Below the pieces are notes generated by a model, which was not told where the DNA came from, searched no databases, and saw only the letters and a list, made by a program, of their open reading frames with translations. Below are positions 1 through 8,195 of a stretch of 64,000 bases of DNA, piece by piece. The position numbers and the translations under genes are program-made. Location: NCBI GenBank assembly GCA_963696295.1, contig CAVOJR010000001.1:480001-544000 (forward strand), read 5' to 3'. How positions within the stretch are numbered: the first letter of the stretch is position 1; every line of letters starts with the position of its first letter. Source of the DNA: an uncultured Chlamydiae bacterium (GTDB lineage: Bacteria > Chlamydiota > Chlamydiia > Chlamydiales > JAJFMB01).

Positions 1-1132
1 TCGCGGCGCGGTCCAGGGAAATAACCGTCTGATTGGGATCGGCGCCTCTTTCAAACCGCTTTGAAGCTTCGCTTTTCAGACCGAGCTTCCGGCTGGTCTT
101 CCGGATGGACGCAGGGTCGAAATAGGCCGATTCGATCAGGATATTTTTCGTATTATCGCTAACTTCGGTATTCAATCCCCCCATTACTCCGGCAATCGCA
201 ATAGGTCTTAAGCTGTCGCAAATCAAAAGATCCTCATTGCTCAAAACCCTTTCTTTATCGTCCAGTGTGATGATTTGCTCATCCTGATCCGCCACGCGCA
301 CCACCACCTTTTGCCCTTTGATCAGATCGCAGTCGAAGGCGTGCAGCGGATGCCCCATTTCATGCAAAACATAGTTGGTCGCATCGACAATATTATTGAC
401 CGGGCGGAAGCCGCAATCGGTCAGGCGCTGCTGCAGCCATTGAGGGGATGGAGCCACCGTGACGCCGCGGATAAACCGGCAGGAGTAGCGGGGGCACCGT
501 TTTTTGTCTTTCACGATCACATTCACAATCTGCTCAATGATTTCGCTTCCCTCATCCACATCGATTCCGGGCATTTTGTAGGGAAGGCCGGTCACAGCGG
601 AAAGTTCTCTTGCGACGCCGACGACGCTGTTCGCATGACTCAAGTTGGGGGTTAAAGAGATGTCGAAAACCACATCGGAATACATATCGGCCACATCTCT
701 GCCCTCTTTGATATGTTCGTCGAATTCGATGATGGCGTCGTGGTTATCTGATAAGCCAAGCTCCTTGGCCGAACAGAGCATCCCGAAAGACTCGACGCCT
801 CTTAACTTGGCTTTCTGCACGATAAATTGCCCATTTTCCAGACTCGCATCGATTTTGGCAAAAGCCGTCTTGATCCCGGCCCGGCAATTGGGAGCGCCGC
901 AGACCACCTGATAGTTTTGTTCCCCGTCGAACACGTTGGCAATTTGAAGCTTGTCCGCCTGCGGATGTTTCTCAACGCCCGTAACGCGGCCGACGACCAC
1001 ACCCGAAAAGCTGCCTCCGATTTTGTCGCAGCCATCCACTTCTAACCCCGCCATTGTCAGGAGTTTGGAAATTTGGGAAGGAGAGAGATCGATATCAATA
1101 TATTCTTTTAACCAACTTAAGGGGACTTTCAT
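1..1132 (-). CDS. pheT: Phenylalanyl-tRNA synthetase beta subunit, 5' part (runs off window start)
   Basis: Manual translation from ATG at 1132: MKVPLSWLKEYIDIDLSPSQISKLLTMAGLEVDG..., later VCGAPNCR and LRGVESFGMLCSAKELG. Missing from the ORF track because the stop lies outside the window. Confidence 0.95.
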   Translation of the reverse strand, partial: MKVPLSWLKEYIDIDLSPSQISKLLTMAGLEVDGCDKIGGSFSGVVVGRVTGVEKHPQADKLQIANVFDGEQNYQVVCGAPNCRAGIKTAFAKIDASLENGQFIVQKAKLRGVESFGMLCSAKELGLSDNHDAIIEFDEHIKEGRDVADMYSDVVFDISLTPNLSHANSVVGVARELSAVTGLPYKMPGIDVDEGSEIIEQIVNVIVKDKKRCPRYSCRFIRGVTVAPSPQWLQQRLTDCGFRPVNNIVDATNYVLHEMGHPLHAFDCDLIKGQKVVVRVADQDEQIITLDDKERVLSNEDLLICDSLRPIAIAGVMGGLNTEVSDNTKNILIESAYFDPASIRKTSRKLGLKSEASKRFERGADPNQTVISLDRAA

Positions 1133-1262
1133 AATAACACCTTTTCAAAGCTTGATCCTCAAATTATACCGATTTTTTCATAAGAGACAAGTAACGATTC
1201 ACAAAATTTCACTCTTCAGGTAAACTCTACGCTTGAGACAAACTTTTTTGGAGATTTAAACT

Positions 1263-1694
1263 ATGACAAAAGAACAAACACTATCCATCATTAAACCCGA
1301 CGCCGTAGGAAACAACAATATCGGAGAAATTATTTCTCTATTTGAAAAAGCGGGACTGAACATCGTGGCGGCAAAAATGATCCAGATGAACGAAGCCCAG
1401 GCCAAAGAATTTTACGCCGTGCACAAAGAACGCCCCTTCTACGGAGAATTGGTTTCCTTTATGTTGACAGGTCCTGTGCTGGTCATGGTTTTGGAAGGGG
1501 AAAACGCAATCGCTAAAAACCGCGAAATCATGGGGGCCACTAACCCGAAAGACGCCGCTAAAGGAACCATCCGCGCCCAATTTGCCCGCAGCATCGGGGA
1601 AAACGCTGTCCACGGCTCCGACTCGAAAGAGACCGCCAAGGTTGAAATTCCCTTTTTCTTCTCCCAAAAAGATATTTTAAAGCGCATAAGGTAG
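1263..1694 (+). CDS. ndk: Nucleoside diphosphate kinase
   Basis: [31 protein letters not shown] (catalytic His). Confidence 0.97.
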   Translation: MTKEQTLSIIKPDAVGNNNIGEIISLFEKAGLNIVAAKMIQMNEAQAKEFYAVHKERPFYGELVSFMLTGPVLVMVLEGENAIAKNREIMGATNPKDAAKGTIRAQFARSIGENAVHGSDSKETAKVEIPFFFSQKDILKRIR

Positions 1695-1697
1695 TCC

Positions 1698-2222
1698 ATG
1701 TATAAACTTTTAATTAGCCTATTACTCCTGCCCTGCCTGCTCTCAGCCAAAGAGCTCCAGTTCAGAAGCGCCAAAAACAAGAACGTTAAAGATACCGAAC
1801 AGACGCTTCTTTTGATCAAACCGGAAGCGGTGATGTGCAATCACGTCGGTGAAATTATCTCCCAGTATGAAAGGGAAGGGCTCACCATCGCGGCCATCAA
1901 GATGGTCAAACCCACCCTGAACGAGGCGAAGGAATTTTACAAAGTGCATCAGGACCGCCCATTTTATCAGGAGCTGACCACGTATATCAGTTCTGGCCCA
2001 TTAGTGGCGGTGGTCTTAGAGGGAAGAAACGCCGTGATCAAAAATCGCAAGATCATGGGCGCAACCGACCCGAAAACCGCCGATAAAGGGACGATCCGCT
2101 CGAAGTGGGGCACGGACATTCAGAAGAATGCGGTGCATGGATCCGATAGCGTCGAGAACGCTAAGAAAGAGATCCCCTTCTTCTTCAAGCCGGAAGAGAT
2201 TGTCAATTCAAAAAGCGCTTAA
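1698..2222 (+). CDS. ndk: Second nucleoside diphosphate kinase with N-terminal signal peptide
   Basis: MYKLLISLLLLPCLLSA leader, then EQTLLLIKPEAV...NAVHGSDS. Confidence 0.93.
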   Translation: MYKLLISLLLLPCLLSAKELQFRSAKNKNVKDTEQTLLLIKPEAVMCNHVGEIISQYEREGLTIAAIKMVKPTLNEAKEFYKVHQDRPFYQELTTYISSGPLVAVVLEGRNAVIKNRKIMGATDPKTADKGTIRSKWGTDIQKNAVHGSDSVENAKKEIPFFFKPEEIVNSKSA

Positions 2223-2228
2223 TATCAA

Positions 2229-2251
2229 GAGGCTCCTCCTTCAGGAGCCTC
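2229..2251 (+). terminator. Hairpin after the ndk pair, probable terminator
   Basis: GAGGCTCCT-ccttc-AGGAGCCTC, perfect 9-bp stem; weak U tract. Confidence 0.55.
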
Positions 2252-2654
2252 AATACAAAAATCCGAATAAATAGAGCGGAATCTTCCTCCCAAATCCTAT
2301 TGCCAGCCTGCTCTGAACGGATTTGATGATCATTTTTATTTTTTCCACTTCTCGTCTACGAGAAAATCCCCGGTTTGATAGAAACAAACTTTATGTTTTG
2401 CCCCTGCCTGATTGACAAAGAATGTTTCCCTGACGCCTCCTCCTATGGCTGCTTCTTCAGAGAATTGTGAATGGCATTTTGCCTGGTTTACCAATGAACG
2501 AGGCAGGTTGGACATAATAACTTCTATCTGCAAATCTTCCAAACTAAACTACACCTTACAATTTTTACATTGCTTTGTCTAGTTTCTTTACCCACTCTTT
2601 ATACTTAATAATTTGAATATAAAATCATATTTACATATAATTAAAATGTAATAT

Positions 2655-4202
2655 ATGGTTCAAAGTCATATGAATATAGAAGATAAAATAATATCAGAAA
2701 TACGAAGCAATAATAAACTGATAAATAAGTTTGGCAGCGCTGAACAAGTTGAAGCCTATGGTAAAAGATTATTTCAGAAAATTGACCTTAAAGATTTTAA
2801 AAATAATGTAGAAGGTGTTAAAAAAGCCATGGAATTAGGGATGGCGCTCTTAGGGAGTTTAAGTGTTGCGAAAGAGTTTAGACAGATAAAAGACAGTGAT
2901 TTGACTCCAGAACAAAAGATCAAGAATGAAGCTGTTTTGGATATGATCGCTGCGAGAATATCAACCCCAAAAGACGAAGTAACCGGCGAAAGGTACGAAA
3001 GTGCGAAAGAAGCGGCGCAAACTGCCGGAATTATCCCTAACCAAAATCCTAACCAACCTCTCAAAGGATATCTTGTAGCCTCTGCGTATGACTCCAGACG
3101 CGCAAAGAACTTCTTTAATCTTCTTAAAGTAATATATCCAAAATCAGCAGATAATATTAATCGACTCCAAGCAGAATTCAAAATAGATATGATATCAAGT
3201 AAACAACAAAAAGAAATTGAAGATGAATTAAAGAAGGATAATGCCCAAAAAAATTTCGATGAATTCATTAATAAACAAAAACAATTATATCCAACATCAT
3301 ACGGTTTAGCGAACAATATAGAAGAACTGCATCACTTATCCCCATCAGCAAGCCCTAAACCAGCGGATAACCACCTTGATGGATTTCAGGTCGCCCAAAA
3401 TATCCCAAGACCGACAAAAGATTTTTTAGCCGAGCTTGCCTTGGCTTATCCAGATGAGCCCTATACAAATATTTTAAATAATTTAAAAATACATAATTTT
3501 GAGAGCAATCAAAATATCACCCCACAACTTCAACAAGAGATTGAAAAAGGAATGCAAAAGATTAAAGGGTTTCAGGTCGCCCGAAATATCACTAGGCCAA
3601 CCAAAGAATTCATGGAGGAACTTGAGAAGACTTACCCCGACCAATATGCAGACGGTTTGAGAGACTTACAAAAAGGTATATTTCCAGGTGTTCAGCTTAA
3701 CCTTGAATCACCATCTTTAGACCCAGTGTCGCAAAAAATATTTGAGCAGTGCATTAAAAATTTTCAGCTTATCCAACATTTAAAGAAACGGGGAATTTCC
3801 GAAGAAGTTATTAAAAAATTACCAAATGCCGAAGAAAGGAGATGGAAAAAATTTCCAGCTGGTGAATCTATCACAAGACCGGAGGCCGAAAGTGTCATCA
3901 TATGGTGTTACAAGGAACAAGCTCGCTTAGGTCCCATCGGTAGTGTTACTCAATTTAAGACTAGAAATACCAGTGATTTTTTAAGCGATCTTGAAAAAAA
4001 ATATCCCAATCAAAGCGCTACTGCTACTTTAATACCCGAATTAAATGATAAATTGGAAAAAGCCAAGAAAAAAGGCACAATATCCGCAGGGTTGCAAGAG
4101 GAAATTGAATTAATTCTAAAGAAAAATAGTGGCGAAAAACCCTTTAATTTTGATGAAGAAGTAAAATCAATACTCAACGAAATGTTCCCCCCTAAAGCCT
4201 GA
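2655..4202 (+). CDS. AT-rich hypothetical protein with internal ~62-aa repeats; candidate secreted effector
   Basis: 515-aa ORF; GFQVAQNIPRPTKDFLAEL..YPD and GFQVARNITRPTKEFMEEL..YPD repeats. Confidence 0.8.
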   Translation: MVQSHMNIEDKIISEIRSNNKLINKFGSAEQVEAYGKRLFQKIDLKDFKNNVEGVKKAMELGMALLGSLSVAKEFRQIKDSDLTPEQKIKNEAVLDMIAARISTPKDEVTGERYESAKEAAQTAGIIPNQNPNQPLKGYLVASAYDSRRAKNFFNLLKVIYPKSADNINRLQAEFKIDMISSKQQKEIEDELKKDNAQKNFDEFINKQKQLYPTSYGLANNIEELHHLSPSASPKPADNHLDGFQVAQNIPRPTKDFLAELALAYPDEPYTNILNNLKIHNFESNQNITPQLQQEIEKGMQKIKGFQVARNITRPTKEFMEELEKTYPDQYADGLRDLQKGIFPGVQLNLESPSLDPVSQKIFEQCIKNFQLIQHLKKRGISEEVIKKLPNAEERRWKKFPAGESITRPEAESVIIWCYKEQARLGPIGSVTQFKTRNTSDFLSDLEKKYPNQSATATLIPELNDKLEKAKKKGTISAGLQEEIELILKKNSGEKPFNFDEEVKSILNEMFPPKA

Positions 4203-4920
4203 AATCATCCCCGAGATAGATCCGCTTGGCGAGGTCGCTGTTCACCAGCTCCTCCACCGGCCCAGAGATCACTACCTGCCCGTCGCGGATGAGATAGCTG
4301 CGGTGGGAGATGGATATGATTTCCCGGGCATTGTGATCGGTAATCAGAACGCTGATGTTCCTTTCGGAAAGATGCTTGATCAGCTGCTTCAATTCATTGA
4401 CCGAGATCGGATCGATGTTGGCAAAGGGCTCGTCTAGCAGCAAAAAGGTGGGATTGGTTACCAGGGCGCGCGTGATCTCGAGCCGCCGCCGCTCTCCGCC
4501 GGACAGGGTCATCGCCCTCTTCTTGGCCAGTCTGGTCAGGTGGAGCTCTTCCAGGAGCTCTTTGGCCCGGGCTGTTCGCTCAGAGTACGTCAAGGGAAGA
4601 GTCTCTAAAATGCATAAAATATTCTCCTCGACCGTCAGCTGCCGGAAAACCGAGGGCTCCTGGGCAAGAAATCCCATCCCCATCCGGGAGCGCTGATGCA
4701 AAGGGGCATGTGTGATATCCTGGCCATTAAACAAAACTCGCCCCCCATCGGGGCGGATCAGGCCGATCGTCATGTAAAAGGCAGTCGTTTTTCCAGCTCC
4801 GTTTGGCCCCAGCAAACCGACGACCTCTCCCGGCTTGACATGGAAGGAGAGGCGGTTTACCACCATTCGCCCCTGGTACGATTTGACCAATTGGTCTACG
4901 ACCAAAATTGCGCCGTCCAT
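4192..4920 (-). CDS. lptB: LPS export ABC transporter ATPase LptB
   Basis: GPNGAGKTT, LSGGERRRLEI, LLDEPFA, ITDHN; downstream of kdsA. Confidence 0.95.
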   Translation of the reverse strand: MDGAILVVDQLVKSYQGRMVVNRLSFHVKPGEVVGLLGPNGAGKTTAFYMTIGLIRPDGGRVLFNGQDITHAPLHQRSRMGMGFLAQEPSVFRQLTVEENILCILETLPLTYSERTARAKELLEELHLTRLAKKRAMTLSGGERRRLEITRALVTNPTFLLLDEPFANIDPISVNELKQLIKHLSERNISVLITDHNAREIISISHRSYLIRDGQVVISGPVEELVNSDLAKRIYLGDDFRL

Positions 4921-6300
4921 TCAAGCCCCTTCAAAGAATGCGTTCTTCAACATCTCGGCCTCGGCTTTGGCGAAACTGAAGCGGACATCGCCAACCCCCT
5001 GAATATACCCTTTTTGAGCAGGAGTGGTGCGTTTGATTCTGAGGGCAGGGGCGCTTATCTGGATATGGTTCACATTGTCTTGAAAGAGCACCCTCTGTTT
5101 GCCGGATGAGAGCAAATTCAGCTCTTTAGAAACAGGCAGGTATTCAATGCTGTCCGCAAGGGCGTATTGCATCGGGTTTTCCCCGTCCAAAAATTGGGTG
5201 AGCCGGTTGACCAGCTGCACACGCCCCTCTAAGAGAACTTGTTGTAAAACGGTTTTCTCATCATGAGAGAAATGGAGGTTCACGAGATCGGCGGAAATCT
5301 TGGCTAAGCCATCCTGAAAAAAGACTTGGGATCCCTGATCACTGCGGCACATTGAGATTTTTTGCTTTTCCCGGTCCACAGTCACTTTTCCTGGGCAGAC
5401 AAATGTGCAGGAATACTTCTTCTTGGCATCCTCTACGGCCAGCCTGGTCTCCCCCTGGCATTCCAGCCTCTTCAACTCCCTCTTGCCATTGACCATCCGG
5501 TAAACTAAGGAGATCTCCTCCTCTACGCTGAATTGGCCGATCTCAGGCAATTCGGCCTTTACCTTCTCTCGCAGCTCTATTTTTTTGTCTGCGCGATCCC
5601 AAAATAACCGGCCGGCGCTGAAATGCAATTTTTCGGCATTTCCCAAATGATGCACGCAAAACACCCCAATCGGGGCGGCAATCGATGTCTGTTTCTTCAC
5701 AAAATCCAGGGCCACTTCATCAGCTGAAATGGTATCGCCAAGAGGATTGGAATATTGGCAAAGCCCGGTCAGTTTCAGTATCCCATATAAAGGCTCATTT
5801 TGCGAAGCATCGGCGTCCCGCTGATAAACCGCTTTATCGGCAACCACGGTCATCTCGTTTTGGTATTGAAATTTCACACACCCCTCAAGCGCCAAATGGA
5901 GCACATGTTTTTTCAAGGAGTTTTTATCTGTCCCAAGTTGTAAATCCATCGCCTTGGCCTGCAAACAAAAGCGGCCGTGCAGCAAGTCGTTCAAGACCAC
6001 CTCTTTATCGCCCCCCTCCAGTTTGATTTGCCCTGAAGTGAGGTCGCATTTAGCCCGCTCGCAAGACAAGGCCGTGCCATCCTTCAGTAAACAATGCACC
6101 TGCCCTTCCAAACTTAAAAAATCGCTCTGTTCCTCCCAGTCAACCGAGTCAGCCGTGAAATGGCCGATTTCGGTCTGAATGGAGACGTTAGCCTTAAGAT
6201 GCAGTGTTTTGCCATCATAATCCACCAGATCGGAATTGACGACCATTTCATGCGCGGCAAGCGATGATATAGCGCAAAGCAAAAACAGGTATTTCTTCAT
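4921..6300 (-). CDS. Periplasmic OstA/LptA-like beta-strand-rich protein
   Basis: Signal peptide, beta-rich repeats (LxLEGxV), position between kdsA and lptB. Confidence 0.6.
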   Translation of the reverse strand: MKKYLFLLCAISSLAAHEMVVNSDLVDYDGKTLHLKANVSIQTEIGHFTADSVDWEEQSDFLSLEGQVHCLLKDGTALSCERAKCDLTSGQIKLEGGDKEVVLNDLLHGRFCLQAKAMDLQLGTDKNSLKKHVLHLALEGCVKFQYQNEMTVVADKAVYQRDADASQNEPLYGILKLTGLCQYSNPLGDTISADEVALDFVKKQTSIAAPIGVFCVHHLGNAEKLHFSAGRLFWDRADKKIELREKVKAELPEIGQFSVEEEISLVYRMVNGKRELKRLECQGETRLAVEDAKKKYSCTFVCPGKVTVDREKQKISMCRSDQGSQVFFQDGLAKISADLVNLHFSHDEKTVLQQVLLEGRVQLVNRLTQFLDGENPMQYALADSIEYLPVSKELNLLSSGKQRVLFQDNVNHIQISAPALRIKRTTPAQKGYIQGVGDVRFSFAKAEAEMLKNAFFEGA

Positions 6301-6881
6301 ATTTTTTTTCTTCCTTGAAAATGGGCATGGAATCCCTCGGCAGAAAAGCGGACTTTACCCTCTGTCAGGGAAAAATGGATTTGATCGGTACAGGCTTCCA
6401 TAAGCCTTTTGCTGGACTTGAAATTCTCGCTATAGAGATGTCCCGGCAAGATTAACTTAAACACCTTTACCCCTTCAGCAATCACAGTTCCTCTTTCGTA
6501 TTCCCCAGTTTCCGCTTCAAAATAGACGAGATCCTGAATGGGCTGCAGCGTTTCTTCGTAATACAGCTTCTCCTGTAAAAACCCCTTGATCCCGCTCATA
6601 TACTCCCTCAAGAGGTATTTCCCTGCGGCCTGCTCCAGGACCAGAGTGGCCCTTTTTCCCCGCACCCTCGTTTGCATGCGCTCCCCTTCGGCGCTTGTGT
6701 AAAGAAGGTCTTTGGTCATAAAAAGCCTTTCCTGCTGAAAAGAAGCTCTTTTATCTTCCCCTATCTCGCTTTTTTCCAAAATTATCTCTGAACGACCCCA
6801 AAATAAATAGGCGAACAGGGCGACGAGGAGCCCCGTCATTCCTGTGAAACCGAGGATCGTTTGCCAGTAAAAGCGAAGCAT
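6297..6881 (-). CDS. Membrane-anchored LptC-like protein
   Basis: Single N-terminal TM helix, beta-rich body, kdsA-lptC-lptA-lptB order. Confidence 0.5.
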   Translation of the reverse strand: MLRFYWQTILGFTGMTGLLVALFAYLFWGRSEIILEKSEIGEDKRASFQQERLFMTKDLLYTSAEGERMQTRVRGKRATLVLEQAAGKYLLREYMSGIKGFLQEKLYYEETLQPIQDLVYFEAETGEYERGTVIAEGVKVFKLILPGHLYSENFKSSKRLMEACTDQIHFSLTEGKVRFSAEGFHAHFQGRKKI

Positions 6882-6882
6882 A

Positions 6883-7710
6883 TTATTCCCAATTCAAAAC
6901 GAGGGCGTAAAGCTTCTCCAGCTGATCGAGCAGCTTAGGCAGTTGATGGATGTCGTAGATGGTCGCCGCATCGCTTTTTGACTTGGAGGGTTCAGGATGA
7001 CATTCCATAAAAAGGCAATTGGCTCCGGCGGCGATCGCCGCTCTCGCAAGTATTGGAATAAATTCCCGCTGACCGCCGGTCGAGGCGCCCAGGCCGCCCG
7101 GCAATTGCGCCGAATGGGTCGCGTCGAAACAGACCGGGTACCCAAAGCTTTTCATAATCGGAATGGAGCGCATGTCGCTGACTAAGTTATTGTAGCCAAA
7201 GGTAGCTCCCCTTTCGATCAGAATAATTTTGTCATTGCCTTCGTTGACGATTTTCTCCACCACATTAGACATATCCCATGGGGCCATGAACTGCCCTTTC
7301 TTTACCGAAACGACTGTTTGGGTTGCTGCGGCGGCCACGACAAGATCGGTCTGCCGGCACAAAAAGGCCGGGATTTGAATCATGTCGCACACCTCGCCTG
7401 CCGCTTTGGCCTGGCTCTCGTTGTGGACATCGGTCACGATCGGCAGATCAAACTCCCGTCTCACCTTGCTCAAGATCTTCAGCCCCTCTTCTAACCCCGG
7501 CCCTCTAAAGCCATGATACGAAGAGCGGTTGGCTTTATCGAAGCTCGCTTTAAAGATCAGATTGATATTCCGCTTCTCAACGATTTGCTTCAATTTTTCA
7601 GCTATGCGGAGGCAGAGGTCTTCACTTTCAATGACGCAGGGTCCGGAAATTAGGGCAAGGGGAGAGCCTTCGCCGATCGTAAAATCTTTTATCGGAACAT
7701 TTTTCTTCAT
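6883..7710 (-). CDS. kdsA: KDO-8-phosphate synthase
   Basis: GPCVIES, KASFDKANRSS, QIPAFLCRQTDL, KKGQF; true start probably ATG 7710 (MKKNVP). The upstream extension in the ORF track runs through MITEs. Confidence 0.96.
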   Translation of the reverse strand: MKKNVPIKDFTIGEGSPLALISGPCVIESEDLCLRIAEKLKQIVEKRNINLIFKASFDKANRSSYHGFRGPGLEEGLKILSKVRREFDLPIVTDVHNESQAKAAGEVCDMIQIPAFLCRQTDLVVAAAATQTVVSVKKGQFMAPWDMSNVVEKIVNEGNDKIILIERGATFGYNNLVSDMRSIPIMKSFGYPVCFDATHSAQLPGGLGASTGGQREFIPILARAAIAAGANCLFMECHPEPSKSKSDAATIYDIHQLPKLLDQLEKLYALVLNWE

Positions 7711-7755
7711 GGATACATCATACTCTTCAAAATCAATATCGATCAACCCTAAATT

Positions 7756-8010
7756 GGCTATTGGTTTAATTTCGTCCAGTGGCATTTCGGGCTGCGGCCG
7801 GCGGACTCGCTCGGAATTACCAAGTGGACGAAAATATACCCAAACAACTTGAAGAGTTGGGAATTCATGCAAGGAGGTTCCTTCAAATTTTTGTCCGGAA
7901 CGAGTGACCATTGCCGATAGGCAAGGCACGAGTGAGGACGAAAAATTGAAGGTAAAACCGACGAAGCCCAAAACCAACTCTTCAAGTTGTTTGGGTATAA
8001 ACCAATAGTC
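7756..8010. mobile_element. MITE family A (internally deleted copy) carrying a nested MITE B
   Basis: Ends GGCTATTGGTTTAATTTCGTCCAGTGG / ...AACCAATAGTC, flanked by 8-bp direct repeat CCTAAATT (7748-7755, 8011-8018); homologous to the element at 38823-38979. Confidence 0.85.
7835..7999. mobile_element. MITE family B, ERIC-like palindromic element
   Basis: Perfect 26-bp inverted repeat TATACCCAAACAACTTGAAGAGTTGG (7835-7860 / 7974-7999), including a TA duplication; further internal stems. Confidence 0.88.
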
Positions 8011-8023
8011 CCTAAATTTCCCC

Positions 8024-8053
8024 TTGAAATTTAACAAGTTTGGGGATTATAAT
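8024..8053 (+). promoter_or_regulatory. Sigma66/sigma70-type promoter for tRNA-Arg
   Basis: TTGAAA-18 bp-TATAAT ending 13 bp upstream of the tRNA. Confidence 0.5.
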
Positions 8054-8066
8054 TATAAATCTTTAC

Positions 8067-8139
8067 GGACTGATAGCTCAGTGGATAGAGCATCCGCCTT
8101 CTAAGCGGATGGTCGCAGGTTCGAGTCCTGCTCAGTCCG
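8067..8139 (+). tRNA. tRNA-Arg(TCT)
   Basis: Acceptor GGACTGA/TCAGTCC, anticodon arm TCCGC-cttctaa-GCGGA, T arm GGTTCGAGTCC; CCA not encoded. Confidence 0.97.
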
Positions 8140-8195
8140 AATTCCCTTTACCTCTCTTTGCCAATCCGCTATGAGTGGCTGCGAGGAGAGCTTCT

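Noticed and set aside
2270..2560. 68-aa minus-strand ORF, possible pseudogene or IS remnant
   Set aside because: No recognisable motif, TIR or RBS; cannot be supported without a search
7711..8037. 109-aa N-terminal extension of KdsA
   Set aside because: It runs through nested MITEs from a TTG start; KdsA similarity begins at ATG 7710
8067..8139. tRNA-anchored integrative element
   Set aside because: No integrase and no duplicated tRNA 3' end seen in the window
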